A DNA stretch of 64,000 nucleotides. Source: Prasinococcaceae sp. CCMP 1430 (lineage: Eukaryota; Plantae; Prasinodermophyta). The notes beneath the pieces were generated by a model, which saw only the letters and a list, made by a program, of their open reading frames with translations, had not been told where the DNA came from and did no database searches. The position numbers and the translations under genes are program-made. The stretch spans positions 310,029-374,028 of the forward strand of contig RQSC01000010.1 in assembly GCA_013416795.1 (NCBI GenBank), read 5' to 3'. This document shows positions 23,494-39,245 of this stretch, one piece after another (within the stretch, counting starts at the first letter, position 1; each line of letters starts with the position of its first letter).

Positions 23494-24387
23494 GAAACCA
23501 AGAAGACCGAGTCGACTGCCTCTAAATCTTCAAAAGCCAAGGTCTACTCCGGGCTCTAGGTTGACCTAGGGCCCCAGTCTTTTTTGTAGATCTTGGCTCG
23601 AGCTAGAAAGAACAAAACCAAGCACATTTTGTCTTTTCTCTTTTGTCTTTGGCTGGTGGCCTTACGTTACGCCAAGAGAATGGCTCGATGTGTTAACCAA
23701 AGGTATTGAAAAATCTATTTCAATTTACTGCTAGTCTTGTTACAAAATGTTTGATTTTGAAACTAGCCATAGGAAAAAGTAATCAAGCATGTCTTTTAGT
23801 AAGACAAGATAAATAATAGAAAAGGCATAAGCCAGAAAAGATAGCCGAACTAAGTCGTATGTAACTATCAATCCAATCTGAGCAAGGTCACGCCTTAGAT
23901 AAACTTCTTAGCGGTAGGGGTATTTGATAAAAACACACTCAGGCAAACAAGAAGGAAGTTTCTGAATCCTAGGCTGAATATTTTGTATGTTCCGCTTAGC
24001 AAGCAAGCCATAAATGGAGGCCATACGAAAATCTCCAAAATAATCGGCAGCCTGGCTCAGCAAAGGTAAGAAATAACGATATTCCAGGTTTTCCAGCTGC
24101 AAGCATCTCTCTGGCTGGCTAAGCAGTAAAAGAGCTTCTTTGCTTTTATGGTTTGGCAAAAAAACCAAGCAGGGTTGTACAAATCCACTTGGCTGGACAT
24201 TCATGGCCCTAAAAAAGTAAGCCTTAGTGTACAAGTAATAGGGCGATTCCTCTGGTTTAAACCATATGCAAACGAGCTCGCTACCTTAATGAATGATATT
24301 TAGCGGCTTTAGAAAAGATTTGGACATGCTGCTATGACTAATTGTCCTGGTGTGAGTGTTTTGACTTGACTATAGATAGATGGATCA

Positions 24388-25347
24388 TTAAAAGTTCATT
24401 TCAGCCAGCTGGACCTTCTCAAATTGTTTTTTCTTTAACACTAGAAAAATCTGGGCTAAAATGACAGAAGCAAAAAAAAGTAAAAGTCCTTGAATACGCA
24501 AAGGATCTTGAAGCACGACTTCAGCTTCTGCTTGTCCAAATCCACCGACATTAGGATTGTTGGTCAAAGGTTGATCCACCTTAACCGTTTCTCCCTCAGA
24601 AATAGTCAATGTAGGTCCCGCAGGAATAAGTTCAACTACTTCTCGGGCCTCAGAGGTCACAATAGTAATTTCATATCCGCCTTTTGGAGTAGAAGCTATT
24701 TTGTTGACCTGACCTGCTACAGAAGCACTATAGACAGTATTATTACTTTTGCTACCATCAGGATATATTTGGCCTCGCCCTCTATTTCCACCCACATAAA
24801 TAGGATACTTTAAGAAATTAGTCTCCTTATTGGTACTGGGGTCTGGAGAAAGTAAAGGAAAGACCATTTCGCTGTATTTCTTTCCTGGCACTGGACCTAC
24901 GACCAGGATATTCTTTTGGTCAGGCTTGTAAGGCTGAAAGTAAAGATTCCCAACCCTCTCTTTAAGTTCTGGGGGGATACGCTCGGCAGGAGCTAATGTA
25001 AAACCTTCGGGAAGAATCAAAACAGCCCCAACATTTAATCCACCCTTCTTTCCATTGGCCAAAACCTGTTTGACCTGCAGATCATAGGGAATTTTAACTA
25101 CTGCTTCAAAGACAGTATTTGGAAGAACTGTTTGAGGCACTTCAATATCCAAAGGTTTCTTAGCCAAATGACAATTGGCACAGACTATCCGCCCAGTAGC
25201 TTCTCTAGGACTAGCATAATTTTGTTGAGCATAGACAGGGTATGCCTCCGAGGTCAAAGGCCAAACTGCTAGACCGGCAAAAAACAAGATAGAAATAACC
25301 GGTCCTATCCATTTTTCTTTTTTTTGACAAACATTTCTGTTTTGCAT
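24388..25347 (-). CDS. petA: Cytochrome f
   Basis: YPVYAQQNY...CANCH heme motif, [15 protein letters not shown]. Confidence 0.98.
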   Translation of the reverse strand: MQNRNVCQKKEKWIGPVISILFFAGLAVWPLTSEAYPVYAQQNYASPREATGRIVCANCHLAKKPLDIEVPQTVLPNTVFEAVVKIPYDLQVKQVLANGKKGGLNVGAVLILPEGFTLAPAERIPPELKERVGNLYFQPYKPDQKNILVVGPVPGKKYSEMVFPLLSPDPSTNKETNFLKYPIYVGGNRGRGQIYPDGSKSNNTVYSASVAGQVNKIASTPKGGYEITIVTSEAREVVELIPAGPTLTISEGETVKVDQPLTNNPNVGGFGQAEAEVVLQDPLRIQGLLLFFASVILAQIFLVLKKKQFEKVQLAEMNF

Positions 25348-26565
25348 AACTCAATGGTATCTTCGATAATGTGTGCGGAGAAGTCAATCCAAGCTACTGT
25401 CCACAACTCTGCCCTTATAGTAACCGGAAAGCTCCGAAATCAAAAGAAATCCTTTTTTGTATTCTACAAGTTCACTCTTAAGACGTTCTGGTCAAATTAT
25501 CCAAATGGCCATTGAGCTCAAACTAGGTGACAGAGGTGATCCAAAGAAAAGCGTTTTACAAACTAACATGTTATATTATACTTTGTTAGTCTAATAAGGC
25601 TTAGATGAGATTTTTCTAGACTTGAATAACTGTGACCGGATGATCCGAAATACTACACTCCATCCAAGGCTGTTCCTTGCGCTGAATCTTTTACTTTTAA
25701 AAAGCGATATCGCTTTTTCGCTTAGTGTGACTAGATTAACTTACAATAGGTATGTTTGTGACTTGGGATTAACTGCGGTGCAATTTCAACCGATTTTGCA
25801 AATTAAAAATTGAAGTTAGAAGAAAGAACATAATGAAAGACTTAGTAAAATCATTGCATTTCAGCCAAGACCAAACCAGACCACACCTATGATCATGATC
25901 AGGCTATCTGCTAACTTAAAGCTAATTTAGAGTACGACTACATGTCCACAATTAAGGGTTATCAGTTGTAAATGCTTTTTACCCGGGCTTACCCGTAAAA
26001 TTACTATTCGTCGCTTTTACCAGGCTATCACTGAAGCGGTTGAGAAAAAGAAAATTCCGACTGGTCTAACCGGGAAGAACCCATGTTGATTGATTCTATC
26101 AATCGGGGCAAGATGGTTGGCCATGCTCGGATAACCAGCCTCAATCCCCAACGGGACTGATTAAAGCTACCATGGTGAAAGAAATGGTTTACAAGGTACT
26201 ACAAGGTGGTAATATCTCAGTTTGTTCTGAAAACTTACCGAAACTCGAAGGCCCTAGACCCAGACCTCTTCCGGTCGTCCATTTTTGATCTTTCTTTTCT
26301 TTTTGGAATGACCATTACCACTGTCATTACTGTCATGGCTGTCATTCCACAAGCTCCTCTATTTGCTTCAGAGCCCATCCCTCACAGTACCACAACTGGG
26401 ATAACGGGTTGACCATTTATGAAGTTTGAACTCATTTTAAGCACACCCGGGACCAGGAAAGTGACCAGGTGTGCTTAAAAACTCGAATTTTTCCTGTGGT
26501 CCCAGATTAGCCTGTAATTGCTGATATTGCTCTTGAATGGCTTCTTCGACCATCTGATTAAAATA

Positions 26566-26802
26566 TCAAATAGGATAGTCAATTAGGAAAGACTCAGCCC
26601 AATAGTCAATATCTTGAAGCTTAGAGGGCACAGTTAAGGCCCAAGTAATGAGAGCGGAAGTATGTGCAGTCATGCTGCTGGGCCCTAATAGAAGAACCCT
26701 CATGGTATTCCAAGCTGTGTTTGATCCACACAAGGGCCTCATTGTAAGCCAGACCGGGTCTTGGTGTTGGCTAAAATGCATAGGTTTCTCTTTCTCTTTC
26801 AT
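26566..26802 (-). pseudogene. Unknown ORF78 with perfect SD; the frame continues 42 codons past the TGA to 26437
   Basis: TAAGGAGGT-5 nt-ATG; downstream frame YFNQMVEEAIQEQYQQLQANLGPQEKFEF... Confidence 0.4.
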
Positions 26803-26825
26803 AAATAACCTCCTTAACTAAAATT

Positions 26826-27083
26826 TTAGAGTTTCTGATCTAGTAATAAGCGCTCTTCCCTGAACCCTCGGCAATAAGCACCAGCAATGAACATTCTTTT
26901 AGATGTGTATCGACGGCGCTTTTTGGGCTCTTCTGGGATAGCTTTGCCTTTTTGGGGCCGGGTCTTCTTCACATTCAGATTTTTTGAGGCTTGGTCCTTC
27001 CCAGTCTTCACTGGTACCTTGATAATCTTGACAAAACGGACACCCAGATAAAGGGGGCTGTCTCCGAAAAGTTCTGAAGGCAT
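26826..27083 (-). CDS. Unknown basic 85-aa ORF with perfect SD
   Basis: AAGGAGGT-8 nt-ATG; K/R-rich; stop is 10 nt before the SD of the next ORF. Confidence 0.45.
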   Translation of the reverse strand: MPSELFGDSPLYLGVRFVKIIKVPVKTGKDQASKNLNVKKTRPQKGKAIPEEPKKRRRYTSKRMFIAGAYCRGFREERLLLDQKL

Positions 27084-27761
27084 GAACTGTTACCTCCTTG
27101 GGCGTCTGACAATGAATCTCTCATCTTGATTCGAGTTATCCCTCTCTTTCTTTTAGGATCAAGCAGATCCACTGTCATTACTGTCGTGCTGTCGTGCTTC
27201 CCACTCTCTGAGTCCGTTCAAGCCCGTAAGTCTCGATTTCAGGATCTTTCAAAATTAACCTAGGTGTACAGATAGTTTTTTTTAACCCATAGGAAGATCC
27301 ACTACCATCTCTGTGCCTCGGTCTGTGATGATTTAATCTAGACTGACCAGATAAAAACCACTTTTATCAAGCTCTGTCACCGGAAGGGCCGCTTCACGTT
27401 GTACGGTGGAAAAGTACCCCCCAAGATTGCCAAATGAAAAAAATTCAACATGATGTATTTTAAGAGGCTGGTGATGTCTTAGGAGCAAAAGGTAGGAAGT
27501 GAATATTTTTCTCAAACCAGACAAACTCAAGAGTTATTTCAGCAAAAATTATTTCAAAGCAGATAACACCTGGCAGGTACCTGAGTTAACTTAAAATCAA
27601 GCCAAAGGCATTCATCTACTTTTTTGGATCCCTGGTGTGTTAATCTTGGCTCTGCCTTCGCCTTGACAAGCACAGAGCAGATCGGTGATACTGCCGTGAT
27701 CACCTGCTTGTTTACAAGCTTTCTAAAAGAAATTCTTCTTATTATCATCAAAAAATAGGCC

Positions 27762-28121
27762 ATGAATACATATGCAATTGTTGAGGCTGGAGGCGAGCAG
27801 ATTCGAGTAGAAGCAGGACGCTTTTATGACGTACGTCACTTGAGTACTTCTAGCTCAAGTTCATGGGCTCAAAATACCAAAGTGTTGCTTTATCGAGTGC
27901 TCATGGTTCAACACCAGACTAATACCCTAATTGGTAGGCCCTGGGTACAAGACGCGACAGTGAGAGGACGAATTTTACATCCACATCGAAGCCCAAAAGT
28001 GCTGGTATATAAGATGCGTCCAAAGAAAAAATATAGGCGTAAAAGTGGGCATCGCCAGAATATAGCGAGGTTAGTAATCGATGCTATTTGTATCAAAGGA
28101 CAGCGCTTACCAAATCATTAA
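27762..28121 (+). CDS. rpl21: Ribosomal protein L21
   Basis: YAIVEAGGEQIRVEAG, KMRPKKKYRRKSGHRQ. Confidence 0.95.
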   Translation: MNTYAIVEAGGEQIRVEAGRFYDVRHLSTSSSSSWAQNTKVLLYRVLMVQHQTNTLIGRPWVQDATVRGRILHPHRSPKVLVYKMRPKKKYRRKSGHRQNIARLVIDAICIKGQRLPNH

Positions 28122-28456
28122 TGCACATAAAAGCATTGCTTTTTGTGCCCAATCTTGGACCACCAAAATCAGAGCGTCCAGACTGGAAAGGGTGCGATTA
28201 GCGCATCACTCTAGATATCATGTTTTGATAGTTTTATGCTTGAGGCCCTTGCACCTGGCTGGACCGGGTGCAGAAAAAGCAAATTCTAGGTGGAGAAAGA
28301 TACATCAATTTCTAAACCTTGAATTTTCAGTCCGGAAAACCACTGGAGCTAAAAAGGCCAATTTCTGTTGAGTACGGTGTACTGAATAATTACTGATTGC
28401 TCTTTGGTCTTAGGCCTGGGCTAAAGGATCTTAAACCAAAAACAGAGATAAGACAC

Positions 28457-28528
28457 TGGGCTATCCTGGACTTGAACCAGAGACCTCGCCCTTATCAGGG
28501 GCGCGCTCTACCACTGAGCTAATAGCCC
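28457..28528 (-). tRNA. trnI-GAU: tRNA-Ile(GAU), intronless, outside any rRNA operon
   Basis: GGGCTATTAGCTCAGTGGTAGAGCGCGCCCCTGATAAGGGCGAGG...GATAGCCCA. Confidence 0.96.
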
Positions 28529-28553
28529 TTTGGGCTCAGAGCATAACACTAGT

Positions 28554-28582
28554 ATTATAGGAAAGATGCATTTTGAAGTCAA
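28554..28582 (-). promoter_or_regulatory. Sigma70-type promoter for trnI(GAU)
   Basis: TTGACT-17 nt-TATAAT on the minus strand. Confidence 0.75.
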
Positions 28583-29017
28583 TATCAGGCCAAGCTGATT
28601 CCTATACTTGGGGTTAGGGTAAAAGAAGTACACATATTCAAAGTTGGGCTTGGCCTATTTAGCATACCAAAGCAAGTATGTCAGGACTAGTGATAGCCAA
28701 GACGCGTCACTGATTGGATTTCCAAAGGTGCTTTTCCTGACTTGATAGATGGCTGGACACATCTTGTTGTGTTGGAAAGTGATGGCAAGGCAGTTCTCCC
28801 CTGAACTGCCCGCCGGTCGATCTCAGTAATTGGATCTGCTAATTCCCTATAGACAAAAATGAGTTTGGAAGTTGGACTGGGCAAAAAGGATAGACTTTTG
28901 GTGAACCATGTCATAGCTTTTTGCCCGGTGTTTGAATGACTCATTCAAGCCATCAGATCGAGTGAGAATACTGAAAAGTGATTCTGGATTGCTTTGGGCA
29001 CTTGGATTGAGGTGGTA

Positions 29018-31240
<2,223 letters not shown>

Positions 31241-31247
31241 CTAGCCA

Positions 31248-33632
<2,385 letters not shown>

Positions 33633-33720
33633 CTACTCAGACCAGAATCCCAAGACTATTATCCCTCACTGTTAAGGTGCTTAGTGGACCATAGATGCAA
33701 ATTACAGACAGAGAATCCTC

Positions 33721-33768
33721 ACTTTACTGTACAGCCCTAGCCAGCATGCCAGGGCTGTACAGTAAAGT
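33721..33768 (-). terminator. 18-bp perfect inverted repeat 3' of rpoA
   Basis: ACTTTACTGTACAGCCCT / AGGGCTGTACAGTAAAGT. Confidence 0.7.
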
Positions 33769-33878
33769 CATTTATGAGAGTAGAGTGATCAGTGATAGGA
33801 CAGCCAGAGCTTTGATTTCAGAGCTACACATAGGGAAATAGAAACAGTGAAAAGGTCAATTTTTGTGAGTTCTTCGAG

Positions 33879-34913
33879 CTAGGGAGGACTGAGCGGTCCT
33901 TTGGCAAGAGTAATTTGAAAATGGGTTTTTAGAGCTTCTACAATTTGCTCTACAGATTTTTTGCCTAAATGTTGAATTTTTAATAAATCTTCCTCAGTCT
34001 TACCACGAAGGTCAGCTACAGTATGAATATTCGATCTTTTTAAGCAATTGTAAGCCCTGGAGGGAAGATCTAACTGATCAATAAAACAAGTCTCCGGAAC
34101 TTGGAGCGCTGCGATATTTTCTGACAACCAAGGTTCTTTTTGGACCTGAAAAGCTGGGCGGTTGTATGGAATGTCTTCAGGTTTATTGAAGATTTCAGGG
34201 CATTTCTCAATTTCTAGAAGCGGAGTAAAAAGACACATCAGACGTTGAGAAGCCTCTTGTAGGGCTTGACTAGGAGTGAGTGCTCCATTAGTCCAGACTT
34301 CAAAAAACAACAATTCATCAGAGGGTTCTGCAGTCCGTAAAGAGTGTATAGTATAAGTGACATTGCGGACAGGTGTAAAAATAGCATCAACAGGTAAGAT
34401 GCCATTTTCTAAATAGCGCGGATCTTGAATTCGGTATCCTTTGCCGCATTCCACTCGCAATTCCATAGAGAACTCGGTACCCTTTGTCAGGCTGACAATG
34501 TGCTGGCTAGGGTCTACTACTTGTAAAGAAGAAGGTAAGATTAAGTCACGAGCCTTGAATTTACCAGGGCCTACAAAAGACACAGAGATATACGTGGGAG
34601 TACTTATCTGGCCTGCCAAGACTATGTCCTTGAGATTAAGCAATACATCGTGTACCGATTCCCGGACCCCTGGTAAAGTGGCATATTCATGAGGAGCCCC
34701 CTTAACCTTAGCAGAGGTAATACTGAGACCTTCTACTTCGGCTAAAAGAGATCTACGTAAAGCTACTCCTAGTGTGTTGGCCTGTCCACGTAAAAAAGGA
34801 GAGGCAGCAAAGCGGCTATAGTGTAATCGGGTTTCATACACTGTGGACTGAATACATTTCCATTCAGCTTCACGAAGAGGCATGAAAGTCAAAGGCTCCT
34901 GGGTCGTGCTCAT
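33879..34913 (-). CDS. rpoA: RNA polymerase alpha subunit
   Basis: GQANTLGVALRRSLL, IDQLDLPSRAYNCLKR. Confidence 0.96.
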   Translation of the reverse strand: MSTTQEPLTFMPLREAEWKCIQSTVYETRLHYSRFAASPFLRGQANTLGVALRRSLLAEVEGLSITSAKVKGAPHEYATLPGVRESVHDVLLNLKDIVLAGQISTPTYISVSFVGPGKFKARDLILPSSLQVVDPSQHIVSLTKGTEFSMELRVECGKGYRIQDPRYLENGILPVDAIFTPVRNVTYTIHSLRTAEPSDELLFFEVWTNGALTPSQALQEASQRLMCLFTPLLEIEKCPEIFNKPEDIPYNRPAFQVQKEPWLSENIAALQVPETCFIDQLDLPSRAYNCLKRSNIHTVADLRGKTEEDLLKIQHLGKKSVEQIVEALKTHFQITLAKGPLSPP

Positions 34914-34927
34914 GGTCTGTAAATGGG

Positions 34928-35320
34928 TTACACCCGGCGTTTTTTCGGTGGTCTACAACCGTTGTGAGGCATTGGTGTGACATCGCGGACAAAACAGATG
35001 ATCAGACCAAGGCGACGAAGAGCGCGCAAGGCTGGGTCTCTGCCGGGACCTGGTCCATTGACCATAACCTCGGCCTGTTTCAGGCCATAATCCATCAAAG
35101 GTCGAATAGCATTTTCAGCGGCGCTTTGAGCGGCAAAAGGAGTACTTTTTCGAGCCCCTTTAAAGCCACAGGCACCTGCCGAAGACCAAGATAAGACCTG
35201 GCCTTGAACGTCTGTAACCGTAACCATAGTGTTAGTGAAAGTAGCTTGAATATGCACTACTCCTTTAGTGGCTCTTCTTTTAGCCTTGCGAATGCTGGTT
35301 TTTCTTATTGGTCTGATCAT
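34928..35320 (-). CDS. rps11: Ribosomal protein S11
   Basis: [30 protein letters not shown]. Confidence 0.97.
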   Translation of the reverse strand: MIRPIRKTSIRKAKRRATKGVVHIQATFTNTMVTVTDVQGQVLSWSSAGACGFKGARKSTPFAAQSAAENAIRPLMDYGLKQAEVMVNGPGPGRDPALRALRRLGLIICFVRDVTPMPHNGCRPPKKRRV

Positions 35321-35406
35321 AATTTCAGAAACATTGAGTCAATACATTACTGAGCGCACTTGGACCCTTATGGTCTCACAGTGATAAGCGGACCACAAAA
35401 CTTCAT

Positions 35407-35520
35407 TTATCCCTGGCGCTGCTTGTGCTTGGCATTTGAGCAAACGACCATAATCTTTCCCCTTCTGCGAATCAAACGACAATGCTCACACATCCGGCGA
35501 ACAGAAGCACGTACCTTCAT
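35407..35520 (-). CDS. rpl36: Ribosomal protein L36, 37 aa (not in ORF track)
   Basis: Manual translation [37 protein letters not shown]. Confidence 0.97.
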   Translation of the reverse strand: MKVRASVRRMCEHCRLIRRRGKIMVVCSNAKHKQRQG

Positions 35521-35736
35521 AATGGCATAACCTCAGTTGTCTAAACACTGGAATTCATGGATTTCAAACTGTCAGAAAACATCCAAGAGATTTGACCTTT
35601 CAAAGAACTGCAACCGATAACAAAAAGGTCAAATCCTCAAGCCAGGAACTGCAGATCAGACCTCAAGTCAAGTGGTGGCTGCACTCGCTGAAAACTGTGT
35701 ATTTCGGCCAAGCAGAAAATCAAGTCTTGGTCTTAT

Positions 35737-36135
35737 TTACCAAACATAGCAAAGCAATTCTCCCCCGACTTGCTTTTGCCGGGCCTCTCGATCTACCATA
35801 ATACCTTGAGATGTAGATAAGATCACAATGCCCATTCCGCCTAAGACCTTAGGAATATCTTGATGCTTTGAATAAACCCTAACTCCAGGTTTACTGATAC
35901 GTCGAAGGGTGGTAATACAGGAAAGACGCTGTTTTCCCTGGTATCGAAGCGTAAGCAGCAAAAAACGGGTTGTGCCCACTTGCCGTTCACGCAAATTTTC
36001 TAAAAAGCCTTCTTGCACCAAAATAGTCCCTATACTTCGGGTAGTGCGAGTAGCTGGTACTTTGACTACTAACATCTTGCTAAGAATGCCGTTACGTATG
36101 CATGTAATCATGCTAGCGATAGTGTCGTTGCCCAC
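35737..36135 (-). CDS. rps8: Ribosomal protein S8
   Basis: [33 protein letters not shown]. Confidence 0.97.
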   Translation of the reverse strand: MGNDTIASMITCIRNGILSKMLVVKVPATRTTRSIGTILVQEGFLENLRERQVGTTRFLLLTLRYQGKQRLSCITTLRRISKPGVRVYSKHQDIPKVLGGMGIVILSTSQGIMVDREARQKQVGGELLCYVW

Positions 36136-36156
36136 GGTGACTCCTTGATCATGCTG

Positions 36157-36717
36157 TTAAGTGTGCTTGGATGGAAGAGCTTGAAAAGGCATACCTAATG
36201 CACTTAAGAGATGGAAAGCTTCTATATCTAGATTTGAAGTGGTCACGATGCAAATATCCATACCTCGTAACTTATCAATCTTTTCGTAGTTGATTTCTGG
36301 AAAAACGAGTTGTTCCCTGAGACCCAAATGAAAGTTACCATGGCCATCAAAGCTTTTCCAGCTGAGACCCTGAAAATCTCGAATTCTAGGTAGTGCCAGG
36401 TTAACTAAACGGTCTAAAAAAGCATACATAGCTTCTCCTCGAAGCGTAGTGCGAATTCCCACAGGCATTTTTTCCCGAATTTGGAAACCAGCAATAGCCT
36501 TTCTAGCTCGGGTGACTACAGGCTTTTGCCCGGTAATAACAGAAAGGTCGCGCAAGGCTGATTCCAAAGATTTGGCGTTTTGGGAGGCCTCGCCGATTCC
36601 ACAATTGATCACTAGTTTTTGAAGTCGAGGAACCTGATGCAAATTACTGTACTGCAACTGTTGGCGCAAAGTAGGCGCTACACTAGTCAAGTACAATGTT
36701 TTCAACCTTTGTGCCAT
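36157..36717 (-). CDS. rpl5: Ribosomal protein L5
   Basis: [32 protein letters not shown]; start set at MAQRLK. Confidence 0.96.
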   Translation of the reverse strand: MAQRLKTLYLTSVAPTLRQQLQYSNLHQVPRLQKLVINCGIGEASQNAKSLESALRDLSVITGQKPVVTRARKAIAGFQIREKMPVGIRTTLRGEAMYAFLDRLVNLALPRIRDFQGLSWKSFDGHGNFHLGLREQLVFPEINYEKIDKLRGMDICIVTTSNLDIEAFHLLSALGMPFQALPSKHT

Positions 36718-36775
36718 ATAAGATAAGTTAGTAAGAAACCTAGTATTGTCTGGTAGTAAAACAGGCACTGCAATG

Positions 36776-37144
36776 CTAAAGAACTTCGGGTGCCAAGGAG
36801 ACTATTTTGGTAAAATTGCATTCCCGAAGTTCCCGCGCCACCGGACCGAAGACCCGGGTGCCCCGGGGATTACCTTCTTGGTTTACTACGACAGCAGCGT
36901 TGTCATCAAAGCGCAAGATACTACCATTATCGCGTTTCAAAGCACTACAAGTCCGAACCACAACCGCTCTAACCACTTCGGACTTTTTCAAAGGCATATT
37001 GGGTACAGCTTCCTTAACTACGGCAATGACCATGTCTCCAATCCGGGCATATTTGCAATTACTAGAACCTAACACCCGAATACACATGAGCTTCCGAGCC
37101 CCACTATTATCGGCAACGTTTAAATAAGACTGCGGCTGAATCAT
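36776..37144 (-). CDS. rpl14: Ribosomal protein L14, 122 aa
   Basis: [24 protein letters not shown]. Confidence 0.97.
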   Translation of the reverse strand: MIQPQSYLNVADNSGARKLMCIRVLGSSNCKYARIGDMVIAVVKEAVPNMPLKKSEVVRAVVVRTCSALKRDNGSILRFDDNAAVVVNQEGNPRGTRVFGPVARELRECNFTKIVSLAPEVL

Positions 37145-37286
37145 GTCTTTGTACAAGCAGACCTTCAAGGCCATGCCCGGCGCCCCCCCTCCTTGGGGCC
37201 TAAAATACAAAATGGTTTGCCAAAAACTGCCAGTCGCGGAAAAGGCCATATGTGGGCAAGTAAAGCGCTGGCCACAGCTTCAGCAC

Positions 37287-38440
37287 TTAAACAGTACGAG
37301 AAAGAGGTGGTGTTGGAAGTAGCAGAGCATTAATAAACTGCGTTCTGATAGGCATTTTATAGGCTGCTATCCTCATAGCAGCGCGAGCTACAGGTTCAGA
37401 AACTCCACTCATCTCATACAAGATTCGCCCTGGCTTGACTACGGCTACCCAATACTCTGGAGCACCCTTTCCGGATCCCATTCGAGTTTCTGCAGGTCGC
37501 ATGGTAATAGGCTTATCAGGAAAGATGCGAATCCAGAGTTTCCCCCCACGGCGAGCGTATCGGGTCATAGCCCGGCGCCCAGCTTCGATTTGTCGAGAGG
37601 TAATCCAAGAGGGCTCGAGTGCTTGAAGGCCAAACTTGCCGAAGCACACTCGATTTCCCCGCGTAGCTATGCCCTTCAGTCTGCCTCTGTGCTGTTTGCG
37701 GAATCTGGTTCTTCTGGGGTCACAGTCGATCCTCCCCTTCTGGGATTATCTCTGCTTCATAACCGGACATGAAAATCTCTTTTCATCCGGCTCCTCGTGG
37801 CGATACTTTCTAGCGGACTTTTACTGGACCCAACCAACGTTCCCCCGGGCGAAAGTGGGCTCTCGCTAATTTAAGCCCATTTTTCAAAAACGTGAGTTTA
37901 AGTAGCATGGCTTAATTCGCTCTCCTCTCTGTTAAACAGGCTCTCAGACATCTGTTTATCTTTTTTGGTACTGAAAACCAACCTGTTTATAGATTACCTC
38001 GTTCTCTTGGCTCTCACCTCTGCGTGTAGGTCCTCTTTCTGCAACAGAGCCAGCTGTACTAAAAAAGCCAGCCGCTTAGTGTGGGCTAACCCCTGGCTCT
38101 AGTTTGTATTTTGAGCAGCCAACATGGATGCTTCATTATCCCCATTTCTGGAAGTAGCGCTATGCGTTTGCTTGTTTTTGCTGCCTTAGCCCCCAGAGTT
38201 AATTCTATACTTGACCATGCGCATTTGGGATACTCACCACACTGCCCTGAGGACATGGCCTTCTTTCGCTTTACAACTCGAACAGGGCTTCCCCTGGAGT
38301 TGTGGAAAGGGGAAAAAAGCTGCAGATAACCAGCTTCTGAATTTAAGCAGATTGGAGCCACGAGCTAAACCTCTTCTTCATAGACAGAAACTAATCCGTT
38401 CTTAAAGAAAAATAGATCTAACGAGTCACACACTAAGCAT
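37287..38440 (-). CDS. rpl16: Ribosomal protein L16; exons 38432-38440 and 37287-37718
   Basis: Exon 1 ATGCTTAGT joins CCC AGA AGA ACC to give [15 protein letters not shown]. Confidence 0.96.
37719..38431 (-). other. Group II intron in rpl16, 713 nt
   Basis: 5' GTGTGAC, 3' AC, domain V GAGCCGGATGAAAAGAGATTTTCATGTCCGGTT at about 37760-37793. Confidence 0.93.
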
Positions 38441-38523
38441 AGCAAATTTTCTGGTAATACTCAGCTCATGAATAATCTGAACAATGCTTTGGACATACTG
38501 CCAGGAATCTAGCCTCAATTTAG

Positions 38524-39186
38524 TTAGCTCGAGCTTTCTTGAAAAGTCCACACCTTAATCCCTAGCACGCCATAAATAGTTTGGGCAGGGCAGTGACTGT
38601 AATCAATATGTGCACGAAGAGTTTGCAAAGGCACTCGGCCTTCTCGGGCCCACTCTACTCGAGCAATTTCTGCGCCATTAAGACGTCCAGCAATTTGTAC
38701 TTTGATGCCTTTTACTCCACCTTTTTTGCTAGCCAATTGAATTATTTCTTTCATTGCTCTTCTAAAAGGCACACGGTCTTCAAGCTGTGATGCAATGTAA
38801 GCTGCTAAAATAGCCGCTTCGGCGTAGGGATTGTCTATTTGCGCTAAGCTGACCCGAAGTTGGTCATTTACTGGACCTAAAGCCACCTGCAATTCTCGGC
38901 GAAGTGGTTCAATATCACGGTTTTCGTTTTCTACCAAAAGAGCAGGAAAGCCGGTATAGATTACGACATGAATGAGATCAGTTTTACGTTGAATTTCTAC
39001 ACGGGTGATGCCCCCATTGCTAAAAGCACTCCGAACGTATTTGCGGATATATTCTTTAATACAATTGCGCATTCGCTCATCTATCTGCAATTGTTCTGAG
39101 TATAAGTTAGAAGGTGCAAACCAGATAGCGTGATGGCTCTGGGTCAGAGCAAGCCGAAAACCAAGTGGGTGAGTCTTTTGTCCCAT
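38524..39186 (-). CDS. rps3: Ribosomal protein S3
   Basis: [25 protein letters not shown]; start moved to the MGQK Met. Confidence 0.96.
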   Translation of the reverse strand: MGQKTHPLGFRLALTQSHHAIWFAPSNLYSEQLQIDERMRNCIKEYIRKYVRSAFSNGGITRVEIQRKTDLIHVVIYTGFPALLVENENRDIEPLRRELQVALGPVNDQLRVSLAQIDNPYAEAAILAAYIASQLEDRVPFRRAMKEIIQLASKKGGVKGIKVQIAGRLNGAEIARVEWAREGRVPLQTLRAHIDYSHCPAQTIYGVLGIKVWTFQESSS

Positions 39187-39245
39187 GCATTGTGGTACTT
39201 GAAAATAGGTGGCACGTCCATCTTTTAAATAAAGCCAAGCGTACT

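Larger units (their letters stand above)
26318..27185. mobile_element. Putative integrated or duplicated cassette bounded by 17-bp exact direct repeats within longer degenerate repeats
   Basis: CCACTGTCATTACTGTC at 26318-26334 and 27169-27185, enclosing two SD-led ORFs; no transposase or integrase recognised. Confidence 0.4.

Noticed and set aside
25830-25930. Possible petL-like short ORF ending KLI
   Set aside because: The frame lacks the PetL hydrophobic pattern and a suitable start; resemblance is limited to three residues.
28687-28944. 85-aa ORF downstream of psaB where rps14 usually sits
   Set aside because: No S14 similarity, no SD and no recognisable motif; the real rps14 is at 58694.
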